Shown in pieces: positions 1 through 9,975 of a stretch of 32,000 nt of DNA. Numbering within the stretch: position 1 is the first letter of the stretch; each line of letters begins with the position of its first letter. The position numbers and the translations under genes were made by a program. The notes beneath the pieces are model-generated. The model saw only the letters and a list, made by a program, of their open reading frames with translations. It had not been told where the DNA came from and made no database searches. This DNA comes from Desulfoluna butyratoxydans (GTDB lineage: Bacteria > Desulfobacterota > Desulfobacteria > Desulfobacterales > Desulfolunaceae): positions 71,770 through 103,769 of the forward strand of contig NZ_CAADHO010000006.1 of NCBI RefSeq assembly GCF_900699765.1. Reading direction: 5' to 3'.

Positions 1-2010
1 AGGCGATATGCCCACGGGGTGATGAGCCTGGACAAAGGGGTGGGGCACCTCCGGCTTGGCGGGCGGATCTGGATTGTCTCCCACCATGTGTTGCCGGGCA
101 TCGGGTGGGTGCTGGGAAGCGCCGTGCCCGAGGATGCTCTTTTTGCCGGCCTGGAAAAGACCCGGGCCGCCTACGGCAGGGACACACGGCGCATGGGCTG
201 GGAGATCGTGATGGGGGCCGTGATTTTTACCTCCCTGGCCCTGGGGCTCTTCTATTTTGTGCTGAGGGAACGCCTGGTCCGCCCGCTTCGGGTTCTGGAG
301 CGGCAGGCGCAGCGGGTGAGCAGGGGGGATTTCGACGGAAAGACCGTCTCCCTGTCGGGAAAAGATGAGATGGCTCGCCTGGCTTGCTCCTTTAGCAGCA
401 TGATCGATTCGCTCAAAGAGGGGCGGGCTTTTCAGGAGCGGACCACAGAGCACCTGGAGGCCATGGTGCGGTCCCGGACTCGGGAGGTGGAGGAGAAGGC
501 CCGTGAGCTTCACACCGTGGTGACGGAGCTGACCACCATTTTTTCAAACAGCATGGTGGGGATCATGCTGCTCAAGGGGGGGCGGACCCTCTGGAAAGCC
601 AACGACAGAATGGCTGAGATCCTCGGTTACGATACCCCCGGGGAAATGGAGGGGCTCTCCATGAGGGAACTCCACCTCAGCGAAGATGCCTTCAGAAAGT
701 ACGGGGCCCATCATTACGACGCCCTGGTTCACGGGGGCAGGACCCAGATCGAGTACCGCCTGAAACGCCGGGACGGCTCTGCGGTGTGGTGCAGTCTTTC
801 GGGAAAGGCCGTGGATACCCATGTGCCTCCGGATCTCAACAAAGGGGTGCTCTGGGTGGTGGACGACATCTCCGAGCGCAAGGCCTCGGAGCAGGCGATC
901 CGTGAGAGCGAGGAGCGGTTCCGGGAGATGGCCGAACTGCTGCCCTGCATTGTGTGCGAAGTGGACCTGGCCCTTCGAGTCACCTACGTCAACAGCCTGG
1001 CGCTCAAGGCCTTTCAGATTCAGCCGGAAGATTTCGAGACCCCGGGCATCGCCCTTGATCCCTTTCACCCGGACGACCGGCCGCGGGTCATGGGGCGTGT
1101 GGAGATCACCCTGGCCGGAGGGGACGTGGAGCCCGCCGAGTACCGCATGATCAGCCGGGATGGAGAGGAGAGGCGGGTGTTGCTGCACTCGGCCCCCATC
1201 GTCAAAAACAGCGCTGTGGTGGGCATCCGGGCAAGCCTTGCCGATGTGACGGAGTATCGCGCCATGCAGGAGACCCTTCTCAAGCAGGGCAAACTCGATC
1301 TGATCGGTTCCTTTATCGGAGGCATCGCCCATGACTTCAACAACCTGCTTGCCGTCATGGTGGGGCGGGTGGAGCTGGCATCCCTCTGCCTTGATGAGGA
1401 ATCACCGGCCAGAAAGCATCTGGCGACCATGGATGAGGCCGTGCAGCGGGCCCGGGATCTGGTGGAACAGATGATCACCATGTCGAGCCGGGGGGAGAGG
1501 GTGGATGCCACGGTTTCGATTCAGGAGGTGCTTCGTCGGTGCGTGAAGCAGGCCGGGGGCCAGGGGGCCGGTGTGCATCTTGACCTGGAACCCGAAGCGC
1601 CGCCGGTGGCCGTGGACGGGGCCCAGATGGGACAGGCCATCGATGCCGTACTGAAGAATGCCCTGGAGGCCTGCGGCGGGAAAGGGACGGTATGGGTGAG
1701 CTGCGCCTGGTCCGACAGGGGACAGCGGAAGCTGCCTGCTCCCGGCGGGGCGCCTTGTGTGGACGTGACGATACGTGACTCGGGGTGCGGCATCGCCGAG
1801 GAGCATCTGCCCCATATCTTTGATCCGTATTACACGACCAAGGAGCGAAGCTCCCGCAAAGGCATGGGCTTCGGCCTTGCCGTGACCCACGCGGTGGTCA
1901 CACGCCACCGGGGAACCCTTACCGTGGATTCCCGGCCTGGTGAGGGGACAACGGTCTCTATCAGCCTTCCCGTTGAAGGCACCGCCTCCGTGCGCGGATC
2001 AGAGACCTGA
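1..2010 (+). CDS. Sensor histidine kinase (TM-HAMP-PAS-PAS-HisKA-HATPase_c), 5' end probably cut by the window edge
   Basis: ORF 19..2010, and the frame stays open back to nt 1. One TM segment ([15 protein letters not shown]) is followed by a HAMP-like linker and two PAS-like blocks. H-box IAHDFNNLL; ATPase boxes DSGCGI and GMGFGL. The residues before the TM look like the tail of a periplasmic sensor domain, so the true start is likely upstream of the window. Confidence 0.85.
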   Translation, partial: RRYAHGVMSLDKGVGHLRLGGRIWIVSHHVLPGIGWVLGSAVPEDALFAGLEKTRAAYGRDTRRMGWEIVMGAVIFTSLALGLFYFVLRERLVRPLRVLERQAQRVSRGDFDGKTVSLSGKDEMARLACSFSSMIDSLKEGRAFQERTTEHLEAMVRSRTREVEEKARELHTVVTELTTIFSNSMVGIMLLKGGRTLWKANDRMAEILGYDTPGEMEGLSMRELHLSEDAFRKYGAHHYDALVHGGRTQIEYRLKRRDGSAVWCSLSGKAVDTHVPPDLNKGVLWVVDDISERKASEQAIRESEERFREMAELLPCIVCEVDLALRVTYVNSLALKAFQIQPEDFETPGIALDPFHPDDRPRVMGRVEITLAGGDVEPAEYRMISRDGEERRVLLHSAPIVKNSAVVGIRASLADVTEYRAMQETLLKQGKLDLIGSFIGGIAHDFNNLLAVMVGRVELASLCLDEESPARKHLATMDEAVQRARDLVEQMITMSSRGERVDATVSIQEVLRRCVKQAGGQGAGVHLDLEPEAPPVAVDGAQMGQAIDAVLKNALEACGGKGTVWVSCAWSDRGQRKLPAPGGAPCVDVTIRDSGCGIAEEHLPHIFDPYYTTKERSSRKGMGFGLAVTHAVVTRHRGTLTVDSRPGEGTTVSISLPVEGTASVRGSET

Positions 2011-2304
2011 TATGCGGTCCATAAAGGCGGCCATGGCAAAGTCTTTTTCCGTGATCCCCTCGGTGTCGAAGGTGGTGAGGGTGACGTCCACCCGCCCGTA
2101 TACATTGCTCCACTCCGGGTGGTGATCTTCTTTTTCGGCCTTGATGGCCACACGGGTCATGAATCCGAAGGCCGCGTTGAAGTTTTTGAAGGCAAACCGC
2201 TTTTTCAGGGTGTTTCCCTCCAGGTGCCAGGGCACCTGACATGCGTCGTTCAATTCCTCAAGACGCATGCTGATCTCCTCTTGGGACAAACCATTGGACT
2301 TCAT
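1999..2304 (-). CDS. Pterin-4-alpha-carbinolamine dehydratase (PCD/DCoH family)
   Basis: Internal ATG at 2304 lies 4 nt after GGAGG. Product is 101 aa ([10 protein letters not shown]...) with the EDHHPEW motif and a length typical of PCD. The 3' end overlaps the convergent kinase by 12 nt. Confidence 0.85.
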   Translation of the reverse strand: MKSNGLSQEEISMRLEELNDACQVPWHLEGNTLKKRFAFKNFNAAFGFMTRVAIKAEKEDHHPEWSNVYGRVDVTLTTFDTEGITEKDFAMAAFMDRISGL

Positions 2305-2577
2305 GAAACCTCCAGTGTCTGCGGGCGGTCTGTCGCCCTGTCTAACGCATGTCCATGCCGAGACGGCCATACCCTTCGGTCCGAATCTTTCACGAGTCGA
2401 GTGCACCCCACAACAAGCTGTAATGGAACAGGATTGCCCTGGCGCGATCGGTTTTCCATGAAATATCCGGGGGAGGCGGAAGCCGTCCTGTGATTCGCCG
2501 GATTGTCAGTGCTTCCATGAGTAATCAAATGGTGCTGTGGAATCAAGGAGAAATGCACCTTTCCTCTCTTTTTCGGC

Positions 2578-2611
2578 CCGGCCGACCGGAATGAGGGGGG
2601 CGGTCGGCCGG
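2578..2611. other. Perfect 11-bp GC-rich inverted repeat (stem-loop) in a 366-bp non-coding gap
   Basis: ccggccgaccg (2578-2588) and cggtcggccgg (2601-2611) are exact reverse complements, separated by a 12-nt G-rich loop. There is no T-run on the side expected for the flanking minus-strand genes. Confidence 0.5.
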
Positions 2612-2671
2612 AGGCGTGGCATCGGGGCTGCGCGCCCGGTGCTGTTTTCAGGGCGATGGGTGCATCCAGGG

Positions 2672-3211
2672 TCAGAAAGTGTAGATAAGCTTCATGTTCC
2701 AGTCGTGGAAACTGACCAGGGAGAGGTCGTCTATGCCGGCGGTGCCTGCCAGCTCCACTTCGAGGGAGAGGGTGTCGTTGAGGGGCCAGTCAATACCCAT
2801 GTTGCCCCGTGCGCAGGCATCGGAGCGGGAGAGTTTTCCATGGTTGGCGGTGCCGTCATCGCTGACATGGATGTCCAGATAGCCCAGGCCCGCAGAAAGA
2901 TAAGCCCGTGCGCGGTCCGAGGAGACGGGGTACCAGCGGAGCATGACGGCGACCTGCCGGACGTCCACATCGTCGTCGGTAAGGGGGTTGGAGATGTCGA
3001 AATCATCGAGGAACAGGGTCTCCAGGAGCAGGGCCCAGTCGTTGTGGATGTGGTGCCCGGCCACAAAGCTGGCCCCCGAGGATTTGTCGAATTCAAAGTT
3101 TTTGCCGGCAAAGTGGCCTCCCACCCCCATAAAAGTGTCCCCTTTTTCTGCAAAGGCGGGCTGGATGAGCAGGGCGAGCAGGCCGGCAATCAGTAGAACG
3201 CGTCGTGTCAT
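2672..3211 (-). CDS. Small outer-membrane beta-barrel protein (OmpX/OmpW-like, about 8 strands)
   Basis: Signal peptide MTRRVLLIAGLLALLIQPAFA, alternating amphipathic segments, and a C-terminal ...KLIYTF ending in an aromatic residue. GGAGAG RBS upstream of ATG 3211. Confidence 0.7.
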   Translation of the reverse strand: MTRRVLLIAGLLALLIQPAFAEKGDTFMGVGGHFAGKNFEFDKSSGASFVAGHHIHNDWALLLETLFLDDFDISNPLTDDDVDVRQVAVMLRWYPVSSDRARAYLSAGLGYLDIHVSDDGTANHGKLSRSDACARGNMGIDWPLNDTLSLEVELAGTAGIDDLSLVSFHDWNMKLIYTF

Positions 3212-3524
3212 GGTGTCTCTCCTTTTTTAGCGTGGCAGCGGTGAATGTGGTGATAGACCTTTACTGACACGAAGGAAAAGTACACAAAGCGTGCCGGACT
3301 TCTGGTTCCGTGGCTTTTTGCGGAAACGGCGTTGTTTCGCTTTATGGCTGTGTTGATGCGTTTTGTTTCGATTTCAGGGGGATGGGGGCTGGCGAGGCGG
3401 CGCGGAAACGCCACAGGCATCCGCGCCGGGGAAGGCGAGGCGAACACAACGTGGGGAACCCCTTGTTGTCAGGGGTGTCCGTGGGCTTGCCAAGGTGTCG
3501 TGCCCGGGTTGGCACGAGACGGCC

Positions 3525-3986
3525 TCAAGGGGATGGGGCAGGAAAAAGGGCGGTGAAGCGGTGACGCCGGTGGGCAAAAATACGTTCAAGGGTCCTGCGG
3601 ATCACCAGGGCGTGGACCAGCTCGCCCAAAGGGCCGAAGGGAAGGCGGTAGCGCACGGTGTCTGTCATGAGGACACCCCCCGGCACCTCCCGGAGTTCAT
3701 GGTGATGGTACCAGAACCGGTAGGGGCCGAGGCGCTGTTCGTCCACAAAGCGAAACGGGGCCTTGATGTGCTTGATCTCCGTCACCCACCGCCTGCGCCC
3801 GAGAACGGGCAGGCCGATGCGGTACTCGATGATCAGCCCGTCTTCCATGACCTCCGGAACGTCCGAGACGATCTCGAACCGGAGCCAGGGCGGGGTGATG
3901 GTGTCGAGGTTGGCCGGGGCCTGAACAAAGGCCCACGCCTTGTCAAGGGTGGTGGGAAGGAGCTGGCTTTGCCTCAGGGTGTGCAT
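3525..3986 (-). CDS. SRPBCC (START/cyclase-dehydrase-like) ligand-binding family protein
   Basis: Start taken at the internal ATG 3986 (MHTLRQSQLLP...). The block ITPPWLRFEIVS...RFVDEQRLGPYRFWYHHHEL is typical of SRPBCC proteins. The longer N-terminal extension is Arg/Ala/Ser-rich and lies in the preceding intergenic stretch. Confidence 0.7.
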   Translation of the reverse strand: MHTLRQSQLLPTTLDKAWAFVQAPANLDTITPPWLRFEIVSDVPEVMEDGLIIEYRIGLPVLGRRRWVTEIKHIKAPFRFVDEQRLGPYRFWYHHHELREVPGGVLMTDTVRYRLPFGPLGELVHALVIRRTLERIFAHRRHRFTALFPAPSP

Positions 3987-4041
3987 GGCCGTCCTGCCTT
4001 GTTTGACGGATGAGTCGGCCCGGTTTCGGCCGTTGATGAAT

Positions 4042-4347
4042 CTATTGTTCCTCGATGCGCCAGCCGGGGCCGCAGATGATCTTTTTGCCTTTTTCATCGA
4101 TGAAGGAGAAACCGCCGCCGCCACCGCCTTCGGAGGGGAAGGGAAAGACCTTGAAGCGACCCTCCCAGGTCTTTTTCGAGCCGTCGTAGAGGGTGTGGGT
4201 GATGACCCGGTCCAGGCCCACGGCGTCGGCCCTTAAATCCTTGACGCTTTTTTTGATGTCCTCACTGGGGATAAAGAAGGTCCAGGCGATCCATCCGGCG
4301 ATGATGAGCACCACTGCGGCTCCGAATCCGAATTTCCATTTGCTCAT
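4042..4347 (-). CDS. Hypothetical small membrane-anchored protein (N-terminal TM, Gly6 tract)
   Basis: MSKWKFGFGAAVVLIIAGWIAWTFF gives a TM anchor. Same strand as, and 55 nt upstream of, the SRPBCC gene, so likely co-transcribed. I recognise no family. Confidence 0.5.
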   Translation of the reverse strand: MSKWKFGFGAAVVLIIAGWIAWTFFIPSEDIKKSVKDLRADAVGLDRVITHTLYDGSKKTWEGRFKVFPFPSEGGGGGGFSFIDEKGKKIICGPGWRIEEQ

Positions 4348-4664
4348 GGTGTGGCTGTCCTTTTCTCTGACGGGTGTGTCGGGTGGGATCAGTTAAACGC
4401 CCCACGGCTTGATGGCGGGGCCTCTGCATGACCGAAATTTTTCCCAGTATACGGGCGATTTGGCCGGATCGCAAGCTCGGCCGGCGGATTGGGTCCCGGG
4501 GCGGAGAAAAAGGGGCTTGATCCGTTGAGAGGCGTTTGGGTATAGTCATCAGATTCAGAACATGGTGGTTGTCAGATCGACCCGGAGACGTTTCGGGACC
4601 TGGCACCTGCCGGCATTCATACCAACCGCCTGTTCCGTCAGGCTGTGTAGCAAGGGAGCACCAT

Positions 4665-5012
4665 ATGGAGATCAAGCGCTATGAAACCAAGGCCCGCATG
4701 AGCCGCGCCGTGGTTTACAACAACACCGTCTACCTCTGCGGCCAGGTGGCCAAGGACGCCTCAAAGGACATCACCGAGCAGACCGCCACCACCCTCGAAA
4801 AGATCGAGGAACTCCTTGAGAGCGTGGGGTCCGACAAGGACAAGATCCTGTCCGCCACCATCTACATCAAGGACATGGCGTACTTTGCGGACATGAACGC
4901 TGTCTGGGATGCCTGGGTCACCCCGGGGATGGCACCTGCCCGCGCCTGTGTTCAGGCTGCCATGGCACGTGAAGAGCTCCTCGTGGAGATCTCCATCGTC
5001 GCCGCCGTGTAG
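4665..5012 (+). CDS. RidA/YjgF/L-PSP family reactive-intermediate deaminase
   Basis: ATG 4665 lies 6 nt after AGGGAG. Product is 115 aa with [29 protein letters not shown]...ARACVQA...[10 protein letters not shown], which fits the YjgF fold family. Confidence 0.85.
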   Translation: MEIKRYETKARMSRAVVYNNTVYLCGQVAKDASKDITEQTATTLEKIEELLESVGSDKDKILSATIYIKDMAYFADMNAVWDAWVTPGMAPARACVQAAMAREELLVEISIVAAV

Positions 5013-5030
5013 ATGCTCCGGATAAAAAAC

Positions 5031-5069
5031 CGGCCGCAGGGTGCGCGATGCCTGGGGCCGTGTTTTTCC
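5031..5069 (+). terminator. Rho-independent terminator after the RidA gene
   Basis: cggccgcagg (5031-5040) pairs with cctggggccg (5051-5060), 9 of 10 positions, around a 10-nt loop, followed by tgtttttcc. Confidence 0.65.
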
Positions 5070-5359
5070 GGCGGCTTTTTCTGCTTCCTCTGGATTGCCA
5101 GCCTCCCCTTGTTGAACCTTCGAATCAATGCGGAATGCATCTTGCCAGCCCCTGTTTTTTCCGGGTGCACTGTCCTTGTCAGCATAAAATAATGAAAAAA
5201 AGCCGTATAGGGTTCAGAAACGGTGGCGAAAAGCCGATGACTTGAACGGTTTGGTATGTTTTAAGGCCCGTCGCCGTCCTTGCCCCAAGGGTGGCTTTCA
5301 TGTGGCTTTTTTGGTGGGAAATACCGGCACGGGCTTCCCGGGCCGGGTCTGGGGGGGCA

Positions 5360-6775
5360 ATGCATCTTTTACGGAATGGGAGGGCCGGGCATGGTCCGTC
5401 GTTGCTGCTGGGGGCGCTGTGCGTCCTTCTGTCGCCGATCTGCGCCTGCGCTCTGGAGCCGGTGTCCCTTCAGCTGAAGTGGACCCATTATTTTCAATTT
5501 GCAGGGTACTATGCCGCCCTGGAAAAGGGCTTTTACGAAGACGAGGGGCTTGAGGTGACTCTCCTGGAAGGCGGCTCCCGAAAGCAGGGTCCGGTGAAGG
5601 CCGTGACCCAGGGAAAGGCCACTTACGGCGTGGCCGGTTCGGAGCTGCTTTTGTGGCGTCTCAATGGGATGCCCGTTGTGGCCCTTGCTCCGGTGTTCCA
5701 GCACTCTGCCACGGTGATGCTCGTGCGGCAGGATTCGGGGATCTCATCTCCCCAGGATTTTGCAGGGCGTCGTCTCGAAATGGGCGAAAAAGCCAACGAT
5801 GCTGAAGTCTGGGCCATGATCCGGGCCGAAGGGCTGAATCCGGACCAGTTTACACGGGTCCAGAATGATTTTTCAATTGAGGATCTCATCGCAAAACGGG
5901 TGGACGGGCTCTCCACCTACGTCACCACCGATCCTTTTGTGATGCGTCAGAAAAAGATTCCCTACCGCGTGATCCGTCCCCTTCAATACGGCATCGATTT
6001 TTACGGCGATACCCTGTTTACAACCGAAGCGGAAGTGCGCAGGCACCCCGATCGGGCCCGCCGTATGGTGCGGGCGTCCATGAAGGGGTGGCGCTACGCC
6101 TTCGAGCATCCCGATGAGATCATCGACCTCATCCTTGGGACCTACGTCAAAGGGGCGGGCAGCCCCTCCCGCGAGCACCTCGCCTATGAATTCGAGGAGA
6201 TGAAACAGCTTGTTCTTCCCCGTCTGGTGGAGCTGGGCCACATGAACGAAGGGCGCTGGAACCACATGGCCGAGACCCTTGTGCGCATCGGCCTGGCAGA
6301 CCCGGGGTACGATTTGTCCGGGTTCTTCTACAAGGCTGCCGCCCCGCTCCCTTTTAACTGGGACCACTGGGCGGTGAGGGGGGGCGGGGTAGCCCTGATT
6401 CTGGCCGTCTCCGTGGGGGTCTGTCTCTGTTTTTACAATCGGAGGATGCGGGCGGAAATCTGTCGGCGTATCCAGAGCGAGGAGGAGCGCGAGCAGCTCA
6501 TCACAGAGCTGACCCAGGCCCTGGAAGAGGTCCGGGAACTCAACGGGCTGCTCCCCATCTGTTCCAGCTGCTTTAAGGTAAGAAACGACAAGGGGTACTG
6601 GGAGAAGCTGGAGAGCTACATCGAAAGCCACACCAAGGCCCGCTTCAGCCACGGTATCTGCACCGAATGCATGAAGCAGCGTTACCCCTACCTGTTTGAT
6701 GAAGAGGAGGATGCCGACGGGGACGCCGACGCCCTGTACAACGAGGAGTCCGGCACCCTGCCCCCGTCTTCGTAA
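5360..6775 (+). CDS. Transmembrane receptor: periplasmic NMT1/THI5-type (NitT/TauT) solute-binding fold, TM, coiled coil, and a C-terminal Cys/His-rich module of unknown function
   Basis: ATG 5360 gives the signal/anchor LLLGALCVLLSPICACA. The segment LQLKWTHYFQFAGYYAALEKGFYEDEGLEV... resembles SBP family proteins. TM is ALILAVSVGVCLCFY, followed by EEEREQLITELTQALEEVRELNG. The C-terminal module is CSSC-x19-H-x6-H-x2-CTEC (nt 6560-6670), then an acidic tail. Alternative start at 5291. Confidence 0.75.
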   Translation: MHLLRNGRAGHGPSLLLGALCVLLSPICACALEPVSLQLKWTHYFQFAGYYAALEKGFYEDEGLEVTLLEGGSRKQGPVKAVTQGKATYGVAGSELLLWRLNGMPVVALAPVFQHSATVMLVRQDSGISSPQDFAGRRLEMGEKANDAEVWAMIRAEGLNPDQFTRVQNDFSIEDLIAKRVDGLSTYVTTDPFVMRQKKIPYRVIRPLQYGIDFYGDTLFTTEAEVRRHPDRARRMVRASMKGWRYAFEHPDEIIDLILGTYVKGAGSPSREHLAYEFEEMKQLVLPRLVELGHMNEGRWNHMAETLVRIGLADPGYDLSGFFYKAAAPLPFNWDHWAVRGGGVALILAVSVGVCLCFYNRRMRAEICRRIQSEEEREQLITELTQALEEVRELNGLLPICSSCFKVRNDKGYWEKLESYIESHTKARFSHGICTECMKQRYPYLFDEEEDADGDADALYNEESGTLPPSS

Positions 6776-6784
6776 CGATTCGGG

Positions 6785-8590
6785 CTATTCCTCTGTCATG
6801 GCCTGCCGGGCCGGTATGTCAATGACAAAGCTGGCCCCCCCGAGGTCCCCCTGGCCGATGCGGATGGTGCCGTTGTGATCCATGACGATGCGCTGGCTGA
6901 GGCTGAGTCCGATGCCGGTGCCGTCGCTTTTGGTGGTGTAAAACGGGTCGAACACGCAGTCCCGGATTCGCTGGGGCACGCCGGGACCGGAGTCCGAGAC
7001 GCTGATGAGTACCCGTCCCGATTCCATGGTTGTGTTCACCTGGATGACCCGGGGGCCGGGCAGCTCTTCCATGGCTTCGGCGGCGTTGTGGATCAGGTTC
7101 ATCATCACCCGAAGCAGCAGGTTGCTGTCTGCGTAGCAGGGGAGGGGCTCTTTGCTGAGGCTTGTCTCCACGCGGATGTCGTTTTTTCGAAGGGAGGCCT
7201 CGGTGAGCCCCAGGGCATGGGTGACGGGTTCGTTTGCATCCATCACCCTGAACAGGGGCATGCCCGGCTTGAGAAAGTCCATGGCCCGCCTGATGACCGT
7301 TTCAATGTCGCAGGATGCCTCCTTGAGCTGGCGGATGCATTTTTGGGTCTTTTCTTCCTGGCCGGGGTCCCCGGCGACTTTCTCCAGGACGCCCAGGTAG
7401 AGGTTGATGCCGGACAAGGGGTTGCGGATCTCATGGGCGATGCCTGCGGTCACCCGTCCCAGGGAAGCCATCTTGTCCTTGATGCCCACCATGTGCTCCA
7501 GCTCCTTGGCCCGGGTGACGTCGATCATGTTGAGCAGGACAGACTCCTTTTCCTGGTAGACGATGCGAGCCGCCCGGCAGTGGACCCACCTTGTTTTGGG
7601 CCCTTTGTCGCCCTCGGTGGACGGCAGGAAACAGAAGTCGGACTCGTTGCAGGTGACCTCGCCGCTTTGCACCACCTCGATAAACCGTTTGATGCTCTCC
7701 CTGTCGTCATCGTGGGGGGCAATGTGGCTGAAGACGTCTCCGTTGTCCTGCATGGGGCCGAAGAGCCTCTCCTGTTCCGGGTTCTGATAGACCACGCGGT
7801 TGCCCTGGATGATGGAGATGCCCACCGGTGAGTTGACGACCAGGTCAAGGAACTGCTTTCGGCTTGCCTTCAGGGCCTTTTCCGCCCGTTTGAATTCCGT
7901 GATGTCGGTGACAAACCCGTCCACGGAGAGGAACTCGTCCCGGGGGCCGTAAAGCCCCACCCCCTGCTCCCAGACCCACTTTTTTTCCCCTGATGCCGTG
8001 GTGATGCGGTAGATCAGCCGATACGGTTTTTTTTCCGCCAGGGCCTCCATGATGGTCTCCCGGTTGGGACCGATGTCGTCGGGGTGGACCACTTTTTGGG
8101 CGTAACAGAGCTCCATGCCCGGTGCGCACAGGCTCTTGTAGCCGGTGAGCTCCTGGCACCCCTCGCTGGTGTAGTCCATGGGCCAGTTCTCTTTGTCCAC
8201 GCGGTGGCTGAAGGCCATGCCCGGGAGGTTGCTTACCAGGGTGGCCAGCCTGTGGCGGCTCGCCCGCAGCTCTTTTTCCGCGGATTGCCGTTGGGCCAGC
8301 TCAAGGGTGAGCTCCCGGTTTTTTGCATTGAGCCGTTTGCGCAGGGTGAGGTTCCAGGCCATGGCAAGCCCGCATGCGGCAACGGCAAGGAGAAGGGCCG
8401 GGGACAAAGGGGAAGGCGGCTGGGAAAGGGGTGTTTCGGCAAAGGCCGCCCCAGGCAGGAGCGTGGCCGCCAAACCGGTTCCCGCAACTGTGCAGATCAT
8501 GGCACACAGCCTGTTGGTGACAGTGATAAGTGAGCGCATAATATCCTGATATCCCATGATGATGGTGTAAGTATGGCGATATGATGGCAC
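6785..8590 (-). CDS. Sensor histidine kinase (TM, 2 PAS-like, HisKA, HATPase_c)
   Basis: H-box GIAHEIRNPLSGI; ATPase boxes HNAAEAM, DSGPGV and GTGIGLS. N-terminal hydrophobic segments are present. The start is ambiguous: GTG 8590 or ATG 8539 (MRSLITV...). Confidence 0.85.
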   Translation of the reverse strand: MPSYRHTYTIIMGYQDIMRSLITVTNRLCAMICTVAGTGLAATLLPGAAFAETPLSQPPSPLSPALLLAVAACGLAMAWNLTLRKRLNAKNRELTLELAQRQSAEKELRASRHRLATLVSNLPGMAFSHRVDKENWPMDYTSEGCQELTGYKSLCAPGMELCYAQKVVHPDDIGPNRETIMEALAEKKPYRLIYRITTASGEKKWVWEQGVGLYGPRDEFLSVDGFVTDITEFKRAEKALKASRKQFLDLVVNSPVGISIIQGNRVVYQNPEQERLFGPMQDNGDVFSHIAPHDDDRESIKRFIEVVQSGEVTCNESDFCFLPSTEGDKGPKTRWVHCRAARIVYQEKESVLLNMIDVTRAKELEHMVGIKDKMASLGRVTAGIAHEIRNPLSGINLYLGVLEKVAGDPGQEEKTQKCIRQLKEASCDIETVIRRAMDFLKPGMPLFRVMDANEPVTHALGLTEASLRKNDIRVETSLSKEPLPCYADSNLLLRVMMNLIHNAAEAMEELPGPRVIQVNTTMESGRVLISVSDSGPGVPQRIRDCVFDPFYTTKSDGTGIGLSLSQRIVMDHNGTIRIGQGDLGGASFVIDIPARQAMTEE

Positions 8591-8783
8591 ACTTTGTAGT
8601 CAAATAGAATATCAATAATAATTTATTTTATAAAATTTAGTATTCCATGATGACGACCTCTCCGGCATGGCCACCACCCGGAACATGGCAGGGCCGTGAT
8701 TTTTTTCTTTGACTCTCCCCCAGGGGCGGGCTTCAGGGTGGTGGTCATGTGAACGCGGAACAACAGAAAAGAGAAGGCGGAGT

Positions 8784-9584
8784 ATGTACAATATCGGCAC
8801 ATTTTCACGGATCACGGGCCTGACCATCAAAGCCCTCAGGCTCTACCACGAACGGGGCATTCTGGTGCCCCGCTTTGTGGACGAGAAGAGCGGCTACCGG
8901 TACTACAACCGGGACGACGCGGCCAGGGCCCGCGTGGTGGTGGCCTTGAAGGCCATGGACTGCTCCTTGTCGGAGATCCGGCACGTCATGGCCCACTGCG
9001 CCGATGAGTCCGACCTGGTGGGATTCCTCCAGAACAAAAGGGAGACCCTCCAGGCCGAGATCGCAAGGCTCCACGACATCTCTTCTGTCATTGACCGCAT
9101 CATCAACCGAGAAAGAGAGGTCATTAAGATGCAAGGAAAAACATTTGAGGTGGAAGTAAAATGCGTGGAACCCCAGCTGGTGGTTGCCCACCGCTGGACC
9201 GGGGCGTGGCAGGAGATCGGCGAGGTGGTGCTCAAACTGCGGGGCGCAGCGGAACAGGCGATTTCAGGCCCTGTGGTAAACCTCTGCTACAACGATGAGT
9301 ACAAAGAATTCGACGCCGACATTGAGGTGTGCATGCCCCTGTCACAGCCCGTGGAAAGCCCCTGGACCTGCCGCACCCTCGAAGGGGGCGAATTCGCCAC
9401 CCTGCTGCACCGGGGCCCCTTTGAAACCTTGGGAGAGAGCTACCTCCGGGTCTTTGACTGGATCGACGCCTCGGGCCGCAAAGCCGGCCTGCCCACCCGC
9501 CAGGTGGTCCACAAAGGCCCCGGTCCTCTCCTTGAAGGAGACCCGAATAACTACCTGACGGAGGTCCAGGTTCCCCTGATCTAA
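8784..9584 (+). CDS. MerR-family transcriptional regulator with GyrI-like effector-binding C-terminal domain
   Basis: ATG 8784 is preceded by GAAGGCGGAG. The N-terminal HTH MYNIGTFSRITGLTIKALRLYHERGIL is typical of MerR regulators. The C-terminal roughly 150 aa resemble a GyrI-like/AraC-E-binding fold. Confidence 0.85.
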   Translation: MYNIGTFSRITGLTIKALRLYHERGILVPRFVDEKSGYRYYNRDDAARARVVVALKAMDCSLSEIRHVMAHCADESDLVGFLQNKRETLQAEIARLHDISSVIDRIINREREVIKMQGKTFEVEVKCVEPQLVVAHRWTGAWQEIGEVVLKLRGAAEQAISGPVVNLCYNDEYKEFDADIEVCMPLSQPVESPWTCRTLEGGEFATLLHRGPFETLGESYLRVFDWIDASGRKAGLPTRQVVHKGPGPLLEGDPNNYLTEVQVPLI

Positions 9585-9595
9585 GCCCGTTGCCA

Positions 9596-9790
9596 CTGTT
9601 CAGCTCAAAAAAAGCCTCCGGCGGCCCTGCCGGGGGCCAAACTTTTAAAAAGTTTGACAAACAGGTCTTGTGACGGTCTCGGCTCCGCTGAACGTTATCA
9701 GCACGCCGACCGTATCAAACGTATGGGGTCTGTATCGAAATGTTTTTGCGGAGCTTTTTTCAAAAAGCGACCCGCCGGAGGCAACTGAGT
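9596..9790. repeat. Mosaic intergenic repeat cluster R1: M2(+) 9614-9666 and M3(-) 9748-9782, bounded by inverted 12-mers
   Basis: gcctccggcggc at 9614-9625 and the inverse cccgccggaggc at 9771-9782. The M2 module recurs at 11836-11901(-), 18830-18881(-), 28294-28344(+) and 29622-29673(-). M3 is near-identical to 29520-29560(+). Confidence 0.85.
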
Positions 9791-9911
9791 TGGCACACGC
9801 GTTGGCCCTGTTTTAAAAGCGGATTGCCCTTGTGCTTCCCCCATGATTGCGATGCCTGGAAGAATCGACTGGGATGGTTATGAAACAGATTGATTTTTTT
9901 TACCTGATAAG

Positions 9912-9924
9912 CTAGCATGCTAAC
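9912..9924. promoter_or_regulatory. Candidate MarR operator box 1 (CTAGCATGCTAAC, contains the 10-bp perfect palindrome TAGCATGCTA)
   Basis: Lies 52 nt upstream of the marR-like start. The same 13-mer with one R substitution (CTAGCGTGCTAAC) recurs at 10443-10455, upstream of the permease genes. Confidence 0.5.
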
Positions 9925-9975
9925 AAAAAAGTGGATTGGCCATTCTGCCGTCTCATTTTACCCAAGGAAGATATC

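Noticed and set aside
4536-4664. N-terminal extensions offered by the ORF track: 4536 for RidA, 5291 for the receptor, 8709 for MerR, 9931 for MarR, 21667 for AOR, 21004 for the aldolase, 14542 for LivM, 4124 for SRPBCC and 2406 for PCD.
   Set aside because: In each case an internal ATG has a proper Shine-Dalgarno sequence and yields the canonical family N-terminus. The extensions are compositionally non-protein-like or overlap upstream intergenic or repeat sequence.
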